A stretch of DNA of 63,592 nucleotides, filler included, from Octopus bimaculoides (GCF_001194135.2; 6 parts of 5 records of this genome joined end to end with filler, not necessarily neighbours in it); one strand, 5' to 3'; positions 25,828-39,980 are shown, numbered from the whole stretch's first letter. Numbers and translations: made by a program. The notes: generated from the letters alone by a model not told the origin.

Positions 25828-26647
25828 CTATATACATACGTATCCGCGTACATATACGTACGTGTGCGTGTTTTGTTTGTTCATTTTTTTAAAAAAATGT
25901 TTGAATGAAAGATCTTGAGAATTATTGGCTGAAAGTTTTGAACTTTCAGAAGTTTTTACACTTAAATGATATTGGTCGGTGAGACAAAGTGAACTGCACA
26001 GACAGGGAGCTGAAATCACGAACTGAGAAAATAATAGACAGAAACAAATAAAGCGAATTACTTGTAAAAAGAGAATGATAATGAGAATTATTTTCTGGTC
26101 TCATCTCCATAAGGAATTAATTTCATTACTGTGACAAAGCTAGTGTTTTTATGACCCTTGCACTTTAACCTCGTAACTGTGTAGATGAGACCGAGACACG
26201 AACATAGAGTGAACTCATGAATAATTTGATTGTCGTATGAGGACGTGTTGCTCTTAGTCTGTATGAGTGGGACTTTATGTAGTTGAAAATTAAAAATGGT
26301 TTTTAATTTTTTTTTTTTTAACCATTAAGTGGTTCTACATATGATTTTAAAAACCCATCAAACAATCCTTTGTAACTACCTTACGCAGTTTAAAGCGGAT
26401 TCTTTGCAAGATACAAAATGTGTGTGTATCAATGAATACATACATATATGCTTACATATATATATATGCGTATGTGTGTTTGTGTATAGATATATGTATA
26501 AAATTTAGAAAATATTACGGAGATGTACTTGCATAGCAAGTGACCTGATCTGAGATCATGTTCTGGAACGAAAACAATTGCAGCGTGGAAGGTGTTTATA
26601 AGCCATTTAAGAAACACACAAAATCCGTTAGATTCACTTCAACATTG

Positions 26648-27068
26648 AAATTTAATTTGCCAAAATATTTTCTTCGCTTTGAGACCGCGACCTGTTCACT
26701 GACAACATTCCGTGCTGCATCTGAGAAAGTAACAGTTATAAATAAGTGTGATATATTTAAGCGCATGTGTGTGTGTGTGTGTGTGTGTGTGCATGTACGT
26801 ATGCATGTGAGTGTATGAATGTGTGTATGCATGCATCGTGAAACTTATAATTTTTCTGATTATATGTTTGACTGTATGGATACATGTGTGCGCGTGTGTG
26901 TGAGGGTATGTGTGTCTTGTGTATGCGTGTGTGTGTGCTTTGTTCTGTGTGCGAGTGTGTTATCGTGTGTGCGTAAGTAACTGTTACTTTCTCAGATGCA
27001 GCACGGAATTTTGTCAGTGAACATGTCGCGGTCTCGAAGCGACGAAAATATTTTGGCAAATTAAATTT
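26648..27068. repeat. 91-bp inverted repeat pair around a microsatellite spacer
   Basis: 26648-26738 vs rc of 26978-27068: 4 mismatches in 91 by eye. Confidence 0.93.
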
Positions 27069-28372
27069 AAATATAGAAAATATGACTTTTATCTAAGTAT
27101 TCTATTTACAATTTATATAAATGTATTTCTTGTAGATACACACAAACGCACACACACACACGTACGAATATAAACACATTATATAAGGATATATATACGT
27201 AAATTTATACATACATACATACCTCTTGAACAAAGTATGATCGAACTTGGAATTTTAGGCAGAGCATACAAATCCTTAATTAATAATCTTCAAATGATCT
27301 TGATATATGAGTCTGTAAAATCTGCATCACGTCCACACGATTTAAAGGAGGACGAGCAAAATGAGATGCTTTCCTTAACCTTGCTACAAGGTAGAAGGAC
27401 GGGCAAAATTTAATCTAAGTCAAAATAAGAGATTGAAGATGTGCATATATACATACACGCATACATACGTGCATACATACATGCATATATGCATGAATAC
27501 TTACATAGAAACATAGATGCATAAATACATTTATACATACGTGCATACATACATGTATGCATAAATACATATATACATGCATGCATTCGTAGATATATGC
27601 ATACATACATACATACCTATATATATATATACATATTATACCGCTTTTTCATTGGTCTTAAAATTGCGTCCATCAAGCGTATATATGTGCGTGTGGGGGG
27701 GTTGTTTGTGTCGGTGTGTGAGTGTGTATGTGCGTATGCGCGCGGGCACGCGTGTGTATGTTTGTACATACACTTACATTCGCAAGCTAAAATTTTAATT
27801 GAAGAGGCTTTTATCCAAAACCAGTAAATAAAACTAAAGCATGTATCCGAACGCCTATTACGAAGTAGTAAACGGTGAAAAACTATGATTCTATTTGATC
27901 CTTATTTATACAAATTTTAGTCGTCCCCTTGAGTCAAAATGTTAGGAAATCATATATGAACATGTCTTATTTAGTATTTTGATTTCTTATCAATTTATTA
28001 ACTGATATTTGCATTTGCAGCATACTGTCTGCAGTATATGTATTAATCGGCTCAAATTTTGGATTTGTTTCAGCATCACAAGTGAAGATCTATGCAGGAA
28101 ATATGATTACCGGATTCATTGTCCAGGTTTCATGCTATTAAGTAATTAATTACATGTGCAGTTGTTCTAATTACATTGTAATATAATAACTGCCCGCCAG
28201 TTTCTATCTTTTATCTCACTGCCTATCTAATTGTCTATATTGCTATTTAAACGTGAAAGCTTGTTAGCAGGTATATTTGTGTCTCTGTGTAAATGCAAAT
28301 ACATATAAACACACACACATACACATACGCAATCACACAGATACACACAATACGCATATAACACTGTATATA

Positions 28373-28444
<72 letters not shown>

Positions 28445-29906
28445 TATATATTTATATGTATATAAATTTGTATATATTTATATATATGCAAACATACATA
28501 TATATGTGTGTGTATATGAACATATATAGACATATATGTATGAATGTGTAGATATACATATGTGTGATTGTGACCATGTATATATACATGCACACATGTA
28601 TACATAATTTGAGTGTGCTGTGTGCGGGTGTTGCGTGTATACACTGAAAATCGTTATAGTTTAATAGGCCATAACGATGAAGATAGACCGTTAATTATCG
28701 AAGCATATCTATAACAGAGATTTTGAAATGTTACATTTGATATATATATTTTAATTAGTCCTGATATTTCGGATCAAAAGCTCCTTTTCAAATAGTTCAT
28801 TAATAGTGGCAATTAGATATGGTTCGACTATGATGCGTCTCGCAGCCGTGGCACTCACGACATTATTCCCTTTTTAAGGAATTTGAGGAGAAACGTCATG
28901 TATCATGATGGCACATTGTTTTTGAGTCATAGTTTTCAAAATATCCATTGACATTCATTTAACCTCAAGCTCCGTCTTTTTATTATCTAATGTATAAAAT
29001 AGACTTCTGTGTGTGTAGCGGGGGAGGGGTATACGCTTTTCACGCGCAAATGGCCGTGCGATTTGCTTCCATATCAGGGATGCATGAATAATTTTACCTC
29101 AAATATATAATAGTATCTCTATTTTATCTTTTTTATTAAAAATAAATAACACTGCTTTATATATATAATTCTCTTCTTTAAAAAGCGTTTTCAATATCAA
29201 CGTCCGGTACTGACGTAGCAACTGGATCGAGCTAGATACACACGTGTTTGTCTGACGGCGCAACACAATCACACGTTGATGAATATTTGCATTTTAACCA
29301 CTTCGCTTTCATTTATGTCGCATTGTTTTGGGGATTCCTTACACCCATGTATGTATACGATGCGCCGTTGATGAATATTTACATTTTAACCGCTCCTATT
29401 TTATTTCAGCCGCATTGTTTTGTTTTTTTTGCTTTTTTTGTGTTCTTGGGGAAAATACATGAATACCACAGCTTCCTATATATTAAACTAGCAAAAATTA
29501 CACATTTAATGTGGTTTTAGAGTCAAAATTTGACTGCTTTTCCCAGCGTGGTCGTATCTCTTAGATACCCTAAATTATAATTATANNNNNNNNNNNNNNN
29601 NNNNNNNNNNNNNNNNNNNNNNNNNNNNNNNNNNNNNNNNNNNNNNNNNNNNNNNNNNNNNNNNNNNNNNNNNNNNNNNNNNNNNNNNNNNNNNNNNNNN
29701 NNNNNNNNNNNNNNNNNNNNNNNNNNNNNNNNNNNNNNNNNNNNNNNNNNNNNNNNNNNNNNNNNNNNNNNNNNNNNNNNNNNNNNNNNNNNNNNNNNNN
29801 NNNNNNNNNNNNNNNNNNNNNNNNNNNNNNNNNNNNNNNNNNNNNNNNNNNNNNNNNNNNNNNNNNNNNNNNNNNNNNNNNNNNNNNNNTAATAATAATA
29901 ATAATG

Positions 29907-29947
<41 letters not shown>

Positions 29948-30486
29948 AATAGACAATATAAATCCAAAACTTACAGGGAAAAATTCAATTGGGCAATTCT
30001 GAATCAAATTTCAAAATATATAATATATGTATATAATTTAGAGAAAAAAACCTCTATTAATTAATTCAATAATGAAAAACGTTATTCATACTATGTAGAA
30101 AAATAAATGTACTATAAAAACCTTATTCTAAAAATCAAGATATATACATATATATGCACGTGTGCCACTCTGTGTGTTTATGTTTATTTATTTATTTATT
30201 TATTTATTTATGATGTACGTGCACAATTCTGATTCACGTTTGCTCCTGTCGGCCCTACGCGAGGGAAGCTTATCTGGTGTATTGGAGGTAAAGTGCCGAA
30301 ATACGTAGATCCATTTCTTTAACAAAGGGACCTCTGACATTCACTCCAGCTGATCGACGATTAAAAGAAACCAATTTGAAATGAATAAAGAAAAGAAACT
30401 TTTATATATCGATGAAAGAAACATTTTCGGCTGCTGCATTGGCACATTTCTGCGGTAGAAAAAACACTTCTTCACACTTTCCCTCA

Positions 30487-30520
<34 letters not shown>

Positions 30521-31454
30521 NNNNNNNNNNNNNNNNNNNNNNNNNNNNNNNNNNNNNNNNNNNNNNNNNNNNNNNNNNNNNNNNNNNNNNNNNNNNNNNN
30601 NNNNNNNNNNNNNNNNNNNNNNNNNNNNNNNNNNNNNNNNNNNNNNNNNNNNNNNNNNNNNNNNNNNNNNNNNNNNNNNNNNNNNNNNNNNNNNNNNNNN
30701 NNNNNNNNNNNNNNNNNNNNNNNNNNNNNNNNNNNNNNNNNNNNNNNNNNNNNNNNNNNNNTATACATGTGTATGTGTGTATACACATGCATATATTTTT
30801 ACATGTATCTGTATTTATACATATAAGTATGAACGTATGTATTATGCATCTATGTATGTGTAGAGAGAAACATGTATTGACAGAAAAGAAATATAGACAT
30901 TGAAAAGCAAAGATATCAACGCATGCAAAGTCTAAAGATTAAACAATTCGCTGGAGAAACAAATTTCACGTAAGGGCTTGCATTCTTCTTTTCATCCATG
31001 TCTGTCCCTTTTGATAAAGCGCTGATGCAAGTTAATCTAATGTGGCACATTGCACAAACTTTCTATAAACTATAGTCCGGATGTGTGATTCAAATACCCA
31101 AATCATTGACGTAATGTTTAAAGCGTTTTTTTTTGTATTCTGTTTCCTTGAAATTTTAGATTTATTTGCATGTTGATTAATATTGTTTAAGAATCTTTAC
31201 TGCTTATGTTCTTGGTTCCGTCTATAGATGTATGTTTGTTTCTTTTCTTCGCGAATTTTTTTCCCTTTCATTCTTGCATTTTGTTGGATTTGCACGATTC
31301 TGTGTGTGTGTGTGTGTGTGTTTATATGCGTGGTGTGCCTCTGTGTGAGTGTATATGTGTGTGCGTGTGTGTATGAAACTGTCTGTGTATCTTATATATT
31401 TACTACATAAACAAAGTTTACAAGCAGATTCCGTTTAGCGTAGATAAGCTTGAC

Positions 31455-31495
<41 letters not shown>

Positions 31496-31829
31496 GTGTG
31501 TGTGTGTGTGAGTTCATTTTTGTGTTTGCTTTTGTGTGCATGTGTGTCTATACACTGCATATATATATATATATATATATATAGGTATACATTATATACA
31601 TTCATACTTATTTGTGTTTATGGATGGATGGATGCTTGCATGCATGGATGGATGGATGGATGGATGGATGGATGGATGGATGGATGGATAAACACTTATG
31701 AAGTATGTTCGGGAAATATATGAATTAGAATTCTTACAATAACAATTATTCTTACACAGTAATCAATTTTGCTTCCGCGCCACTACTGTTTGTACCGTAT
31801 GCAGGTTCTCTCTGCAAGTGAAGGGTCTC

Positions 31830-32070
31830 AGTATCAGAGAAGCAAAGGAATCTGCGAAGAAATTAATGATCCACATGAGTGACGCGCAACCAGGCGAAAC
31901 AGAAGAATCCAAAGACGAAGCAAAATAAATGAAAGCACAAGGCATATGAAATGGAATCACAGAACTGCATAACCGATGGAAAAGTAAGGCATTACATGGC
32001 AAATATTTTAAAGCCCAGTCATCCTACAGTGGTTACAAATAGGACACATCAGTGGCTGACTGCATCTGTG
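31830..32070 (+). mobile_element. R4/Dong-like (RLE-type) non-LTR retrotransposon fragment
   Basis: Translation SIREAKESAKK...ELHNRWKSKALHGKY and, in a shifted frame, THQWLTAS resembles the post-RT segment WK.K.LHG.Y...THQWL of R4/Dong-type elements (recognised from memory). Confidence 0.6.
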
Positions 32071-33552
32071 TGGTGTTGTTTTTGTAGTACAAGAGAAACA
32101 ATTCACCTTTACGCTGATTGTTTTATTTTGGACTCAAATTAAAATTCTAATCACTATTATAAACTCGGTGAGTTATATGTTCTGAATTATGCAGTCAGTT
32201 TCCACTCCAGTGTGGGAATAGCTGGTGAAAATACGTCTGCTGAAAATAGGTAGTCTGTAAGGTCAAAGGGTTCTTCAATATTCAAACGGTGAAATTCCTG
32301 TACAATGAAAAGCACTCAGGTGGAGTCTTAGGGGATGTATAAAAAAATCAAAGGTGCTGTAACGACGAACTCCGATGGGATTTAATGGAAACGTAATCCA
32401 AAGGTAGAGTAAGGTAATCCATGACTAAGTCAGAAGGACGTCGAGCGTTCGTATGAACATGCAATAAATAATAAATTCGAATAAGCAATTAATTGAAATA
32501 AACAATCAATTCAAATAACCGAAAAATAAAATTAACAGACAAAAGGATGTTCACAAGAAATATATTAACCTGATGAAAAACATAATTTTTCACTTCTCGA
32601 TGAAAAACATAATTTTTCACTTCTCGGGAATAGATCTTCAAAGAACGACAAGAAAACGCTACAAGCTTGTGCAACTACATACGTGGATTTGGCGATTAAT
32701 TTTCCTTCTTTGAACTTTTGTCTTCCTCCTTTCCAACGAAGAGTTATTCGGCAAACGTCAAAATCTGTCTGTTTGTCACCGAGCGTCAGGCGAATACATT
32801 CCTTGTGCACGTCCTCTTGTCCAATTTATTATTCGTTCATTTGCATTGAATGTCTATTTCAATTTGACTATATATATATATGTGTGTGTAAGGGTGTACG
32901 TATGTGTGTATATATGTGTGTATGTATATATATATATATATATATAAAGGCAGGAACATGTTCCTGCCTTTAGGCTTTCAATTCACACACGCCAGCTCAA
33001 TTTGATTCGTTGTCAGTCGAATGACGCCTGCTGTTATTTCTTGTTGTTTGTATTCGTAATTGTGTACCATGTTCTCCATTTTTTTAATTTATATTGTTTT
33101 TGTTTTTTATTAGTTGCCGTACACATTCGCTAGCTCTCTTAGAAAGGGGGCCTAATGCTCTTAGCTTAGACTTTTGGGGAGGGGGGGCGATGAAGCCATC
33201 TCAAGTGTAACTGCCCGAAATGGTCATGACTACTGGGACTTAACTGGCGAAAGAAAGCCAAGAATGACCCGTCATGCATTGCCTGCCCTTCTATTTGTAG
33301 ATTCTTTTAGCGTTTATATATATATATGTATATTACTACACGCGTAGGAGTTTGTGTTTATGTATATGAATATATATATATACATATGTGTGTGTATGTA
33401 TGTGTGTATATATATATATATAATTATATATGTAGCCATATACATGTATATATATACATATATATATATCTGTGCGTATTATGTATGTATGTGTGTATGT
33501 ATGTATGTATTTGTGTGTTCATGTGTGTAGGTGCAAGATTGCACGTATATGC

Positions 33553-33598
<46 letters not shown>

Positions 33599-34290
33599 TT
33601 AAATCATGAAGAAGTAGTGTTTGCAGCCAATGTTGAAATATTTGTCTCCCAACGTAACTAATTAAAGATATTCTAAATTAAAATTTAAGAAACAAATCAT
33701 CGTTAACCCGTTCAGTTGTAATTATTTGTAAATATTTTTTCCATTTTTATTATTCATTTCTTTCTATTTATTCGTCTTATGCTTCCTAATTAATTTGTTC
33801 ATGTCATTCCTGGGAAGGGTGGGGCTATTGTTTCCCTCGTATTGCAGTTGTTCTTCCTTGCGTTGGCAATATGCTTTTATTTTCTATTTTTGTCTTTTTT
33901 TGCATTTATTTTAATCTAAATATTAATTAAAACTAATCGATTAGTAATTTCGCATAAAACGTTAGTAGAATTTCATTAGGGTTGAAATAAATAAAATACA
34001 ACAAAATAAGACAAAATTAAAATTAAATTCAATTATAAAAAATTATTGAATAACAACTAAAATAATCCCACACTTGTATTCTGTTTATTAACGGAGAATT
34101 ATTCTTGTGCCTTTTAGGTCCATGATTTTGATGTGCTAGAAAGCTAAACACTGATCCTGTTGTAGAATATATATATGGTGTGGGGAGGAGTGGAGTGTGT
34201 GTGCATGTGTGTGTATATGTATGTGTATACACACACGCGCGCACACACACATACACACACACACACATACACACACACACACACATTTGT

Positions 34291-34364
34291 TCGACTGAAG
34301 GCGGTGCTCAAGCATGGCCGCAGTCAAAGGACTGAAGCAAATAAAAGAATAAAAGAAAAAGAAT
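34291..34364 (+). mobile_element. SINE family A tail fragment
   Basis: CGACTGAAGGCGGTGCTCAAGCATGGCCGCAGTCAAAGGACTGAAGC. Confidence 0.8.
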
Positions 34365-35089
34365 ACTTGCATATACGTAAGAGCATATGTGTGTGTACGT
34401 GGTGTACTTGTGTGTACGTGTATGCGTGTGGATTTGTGATTTTCTTTTCTGTATATATGTAGTTATTTTTAAGTTCATGGTGGTGTACTGAGAGGTGTAA
34501 CGGAAAAATTAATGCAAAGATAGGAAATCAAGTTTCGTCCATTTAAATTCCATAAAAATGATAACTTTGTCAAATCGCAGCATCTGTGTGGCTTTAGCAA
34601 AGATATTTCCATTACTTTATATTTACAGTAATATCGCTGAAAAATCAGTTTCACAATACATTTACAGAACAGGTAAATAAATTGAGTAGAAAATCGAAGA
34701 AAGCATGTGACCATTATGTATCGTTCACATGAACATGTAAATACTATGTGTAGAGGTCAATGGATGCAGAGCAACATCTGACTGAATAGCAACAGGTCAG
34801 GGGATCAAATCAGCAATTCCTTACCTAGAAGCAAGTAGCATTTACTTTGGTTTTAACCAAGTGATCTCATTGCATCTCATTCGTCAAAAAGTTCTTCAAG
34901 ACGACGCCAGAAAATAGCCGCAGTAAGAGGTGTGTGTGGGTGTATGTGTCTGTGTGGGTGTATGTGTGTGTGTGTGTGTGCGTGTGTGTATGTGTGTGTG
35001 TGTGTGCGCGCGCGTGTTTGTGTGTGTGTGTGTGTGTAAGAATGTGTGTATGAGTGCGTGCCCTGTTTTTGTTACCGCTTCCACCCTCC

Positions 35090-35345
35090 GCAAAAAATCC
35101 CAAATCTTATTTAATTTGCTTGCGGGAAGGACTGTTTTAACGAAGTCGCGTCTTGTCCCTACCTTCCAAATTGCGGAATAGATAAAGCAGGGGACAACTG
35201 ATGAAGGGATTGTTCTTTATGTTGCCTGTCTCGTTTCTCTATTTCTTCCTTTCTTTTGTTGTTCGAAAAAATGTTCGTTTTCTATGTTTTTCTTTATGTT
35301 CTCGTCTCTCATTTTGTCTACGTTTTGTTGATGTCCTGTACACAT
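35090..35345 (+). repeat. Dispersed repeat family containing the permuted hammerhead motif
   Basis: Related copy at ~55640-55830 (CGAAATTGCGTTTG...AACTGATGAAG followed by a T-rich tail). Confidence 0.5.
35142..35210 (+). ncRNA. Permuted (type II order) hammerhead-like motif, one core substitution
   Basis: GAAG-UCGC-GUC^UUGUCCC-(31 nt)-GGGACAA-CUGAUGA-A-GGGAU: perfect 7-bp stem I and a GUC triplet, but A15.1 is G and stem II is poor in this copy. Confidence 0.5.
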
Positions 35346-35430
35346 ATATTCATGTATATATACATATATATGTAAGTATGTACATATATGTATCTATATA
35401 TGCATATATTTATATATTATTTATATTATA

Positions 35431-35509
35431 GGCGCAGGAGTGGCTGTGCGGTAAGTAGCTTGCTCACCAACTACACGGTTCCGGGTACACTCTCATTGCG
35501 TGGCACCTT
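35431..35509 (+). mobile_element. SINE family A head (runs into gap)
   Basis: GGCGCAGGAGTGGCTGTGCGGTAAGTAGCTTGC...GCGTGGCACCTT. Confidence 0.85.
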
Positions 35510-36768
35510 NNNNNNNNNNNNNNNNNNNNNNNNNNNNNNNNNNNNNNNNNNNNNNNNNNNNNNNNNNNNNNNNNNNNNNNNNNNNNNNNNNNNNNNNNNN
35601 NNNNNNNNNNNNNNNNNNNNNNNNNNNNNNNNNNNNNNNNNNNNNNNNNNNNNNNNNNNNNNNNNNNNNNNNNNNNNNNNNNNNNNNNNNNNNNNNNNNN
35701 NNNNNNNNNNNNNNNNNNNNNNNNNNNNNNNNNNNNNNNNNNNNNNNNNNNNNNNNNNNNNNNNNNNNNNNNNNNNNNNNNNNNNNNNNNNNNNNNNNNN
35801 NNNNNNNNNNNNNNNNNNNNNNNNATATATATATATATAAATATATAACGTATATGTGTGTGCGTTCGTGTGTATGAGTCTGTGTATATATATAAATATA
35901 TGTGTGTGTGCGTGCGTGCGTCTATGTGTATACTTAGATGCGTTTCAGCAAAAGATGGCGCACCTATGACTAGCATTAATAGCAGTACATGATAGGATCA
36001 AAAGAATGAATTATTGATATACGTACCTCCCAATGACTAGAAATGTTAAGATCTTTATAAATGTAGAGGAAAAAATAAAAATTTCAAATATCTATATTCT
36101 GTACACCTTCTTTACTCTTTGATCTAAATTTAAAATTTCGAGACCCGCCCGAACTTCAATCAATCTGGAGGGTAATGTTTCCTCTATGGTCTATAACCAC
36201 CAGGATTACAGCATGTATACACGACTGTGAGTGCAGGTGTGTATGTGTGTATGTGTGTGGAGGGTAACGTTCATTGGGGTGTGAATATGTGCGTGTATGA
36301 CGTCAGCAGTGGTCATGTGATGGAGATAACTAGACAGGAAACAACATAACGGGAGATTAAACAGTCGTACACAAATTTATGCAAAACAAAACACACACAC
36401 GCACAAATACACACACATTCATTTCCCCAGTTACTTTCTTTTTGTCTGTCTCTCTGCTCCCAATCTTTCCCCCTCTCTCTCACACACACACACGCACACA
36501 CATGCATACACAGATATACAGATAGAGGTAAAGAGAGGTAAAGAAGAAGTGGCTATAGAGAAGATTGTTCAGCTTTTGGTTTTTCAAAAAAATTGGTACT
36601 CTATCGCAATATCTGTTCTACATGAAATGTGCAAAAACTTTCCTCCACTCCTCAATCAATATAATCTATTTCATGAATAGGGACATCTTGGAACAAAAGT
36701 TGCAAACGGAGCCCATCAAATGCAGTGGAAATCATTGATGTGTTCTGGTATTTTATGCATTTGAGATA

Positions 36769-37003
36769 CATGCAATCCCTCGACTATCGCGAGTAGTAAG
36801 TTCCAAAACCTCACGTAATACGTGAAAATCCGCGACGTAAAAGCAGTACTGTACTTTATATTTTTTTTATTTTTTATTATCTGTATATATTTATTTTATC
36901 ATGAATGCAAAACAACACCACCGAGGGATCGACATAAGCTTAAATAATAATCAGCTATATGTGAACTGCGATAGATCCACCGCGATATGGCGAGGGTTTA
37001 CTG
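36769..37003. mobile_element. Tigger/pogo-type MITE
   Basis: Imperfect TIRs CATGCAATCCCTCGACTATCGCG and rc CAGTAAACCCTCGCCATATCGCG. TA on the left flank, TT on the right. Confidence 0.65.
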
Positions 37004-38299
37004 TTTCAAATTCTACCATCTTCGGAGATTCTCCCTTCGTAATCCAATTGTTAAGCCTAGATAATTCAGCAGTCATTGCTACTGTTACTTAATTAAGTAA
37101 TGTAGTCTCTATAGAAGACGTGGGTGTTCTTGGACATGCGTTCACTCCTGCCATATTTCTAACAGTGAGAAGATTTTGTGAAAATTATAAATGAAATCTG
37201 TGTTCATTGTAATATATTTTGCTGAGTTCAAAAGATAGACGTAAATATGTAATTAAATTAAACACATAAAGTTATATAAGAATAACGGAACGTTTAATAA
37301 TAAAGATAGGAATGAAAGAATGAATAAAGTGCAAGGAGATAAATAAATGCAATAAAATAGAAAGAACGGGTTCTTACTAAAATAAAGACAAATTTTATTA
37401 TCAATTTTAAAAGCATAACTGAATGAAACTGCTGAACAATAAAATAAAGGAATAATGTGAAATAAAAACATGATAAATAGGAAATAGTCAATAAAAATTC
37501 AAGAAAATACACAGAAGCAAATATATTGTAAATTACAGAATAATATTGAAGGTCGATGTGTTTGTTAAGAATTGGATAAAGAAAAATGGTGTTGCCAATG
37601 TATTTGCCTCACTCCCTCTACTGATAAATTTAACTGTTGTATTCTGCAATATACAGATGAAGGGAGTATGTTCAAATATACACCTTTTCCGGAGCGGAGA
37701 AAAATGCGGAAGAATTTATTTTAGTGTTTAGTAAATGAGATGCAATTTGAATCACAAGAGAAACATAAGCGATTGGGACAAATGAGCTTGGGTTACTAGT
37801 GTCACCCGAGGGCCTTTCTCTATCGCCATATGAGAAGCATAAAATAAGCCGTTAAATACTTGCTATGATGCCTCATGCACAGAACAAAAATACTTCATTT
37901 AATTAAAATTACTGTTCTAAGGAGATCAAAACTTTTGTGATTAATGTGAACCTTTTTTGGTCAAGGTAAAACAAATTAATTATATCAGACTGTCCCTTCT
38001 GGTTAGGAGATGCATGTAACTGCTTCAAAATAATATTAATTAAATCTGATATTTGGTAAACAGAGTGGCAACTCCGGAAATGCTACTTTCTTTGTAGACC
38101 TCATCAGTATAACATGACTCTTTTATGCACCGCCCAGATTGTCAATAATATGACAATTAAAGTATAAACGTAAAACAACTTTGGGAGTTGTCGTGACGAC
38201 TTGACATTATCAGGGATCAAATTTATCAAGAAAAACCATTTGCATGTAAATTGTGCGGGAGTTCTTTTCTATTAAGTTTGGAAGAAAAAAATAATTGAG

Positions 38300-39980
38300 T
38301 TAATTAAAATTACCATCGGTGTGAGCGGATGAATGTCTAATGTTAATCAAATTTTGTAAAGGCAAAAGGGCTGTAAAGAGACATGAATTTGAATAAATTG
38401 TTGATAACAAAAAAGAAAGCAAAGAAAACGTCGAAGAAATAAAGAAATAAGTATTGAATTTGAAAGGGAATCTGAAGAAAAATCTATAAAAAAATATGAA
38501 AGGGAAGAAAGCAGAGTAAGGAGCAACCGCAGAAATGAAAGGAAATTGAAGAAAGAGTACGGAAAATATTGGGAAAACATAAAAAAAGAATGAAGAACAT
38601 CGGAAAGTGTTAGAAGCATCTGAAAGATGGAAAAATATAAAAGAAAATTTGTGGGAGAAATACAAGAGACGCAACAGAAAAAAAAATAGAAGTGAGCACG
38701 GAAGAAGGCATTAATTCATAGGACATATAAAGAAATAGGAAACAAACTGGTAAGGAAGGAATGAAAAGGGAAACCTTGGAGTGAAGAAACTGGGAAGTAT
38801 TAAAATGTTAGAAATAAATGTAATCATGAAAAAAAAAACTAATGTTAGGTAAGATGTAAAGTGAAGGATGAAGCGTCGCTAAAACGAGAGGAGAAAGAAT
38901 TAAAAAGGAATGGAAATTAGTAAAGAGAAAACGATGATAGGAGCAATGGAATGAAAGTATTAAGTGAGACATGCAGTAAGATTAATAGAAGGACAGGAAT
39001 GGATAATGCCGAAAATATAATTTTAATAGAGAGAGAATGAGAAAATGAAACAAAGAAATCCTTGTCTGGAAAATAAGGTAGAATAAAAAGGGCAACGAAG
39101 AAAAATTCTTAAAGCAACAAACGAAAGAAATATATAGTAAAAGATTGAATGAAAGAAGAATACAAAAAAAATGGATGAATTTAAAAAGAAAAAAAGAGAG
39201 GGGAAAAACGAAGCAGCGGAATAAAGTACGGAATACAGAATGGAAAAATGGAAGGAATATAGAATTAACATTTGAATGAAACAAAACTGCAATGATGATT
39301 AGGGAGCATGGATGAAGGACAGCTACATACATAGAGGAATATTTGACAGAATGACGGATGCTAGAATTAAAGAATTTTAAGTTGAATGATGAGGAAAAAA
39401 TATTTAATGAGTGAGCGAATACACCTGTGATCGAATGAATGATTGAATAAGAATAAGAATAAGTTAAATGAATAATGAAAATATGAAATAAAAAAAGAAT
39501 GAAAATCTAGAGTTACATTTGGTAAGTATAAATTATTATTGTGCCACTATATTATAGGTAGAGAGCAATGGAGGAAAAAAACTGAAATGAAAGTATTATG
39601 GAAAACTAAGCTGAACACTGTTTAGAAGAGCCAGCGATATATGTAAACGAAGAAGACGGAAGCAGAAGGGGGAAATATCCCAGTAAGAGAATGAGGGTTG
39701 AAGGAATTGGAAAGAAGATAATTCTTAAGAAAATCTGTGAAAAAGAGGAAAAGATGAAACAATACAAAGAAAGAAGAAGGAACAAATAACTGCACAAAAG
39801 TCAACAAAACAGTAATATAAGGAGAGGACAAAGATAGAAAGGCATTAAGAGAATGAAAGCGACAAAAGAAAAACAAAAGTATATAGATTCATAAGTAGAT
39901 AAAATCTGTTCAAAATGGAGGGTAAAGAAAGAAAATGATAATGAAGGGAAGTAAAAAAAAAGAAAGAAAAGAGAGAAAAA
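38300..39980. repeat. ~1.7-kb A/G-rich low-complexity tract
   Basis: Strong purine skew on plus, no clean period. Confidence 0.8.

Noticed and set aside
32571-32628. 27-bp tandem duplication GATGAAAAACATAATTTTTCACTTCTC
   Set aside because: Two units only, no spacers; ordinary slippage duplication, not CRISPR-like.
38075-38112. Minus-strand CUGAUGA followed by GAAA
   Set aside because: No stem II closes directly onto GAAA and there is no stem I/III.
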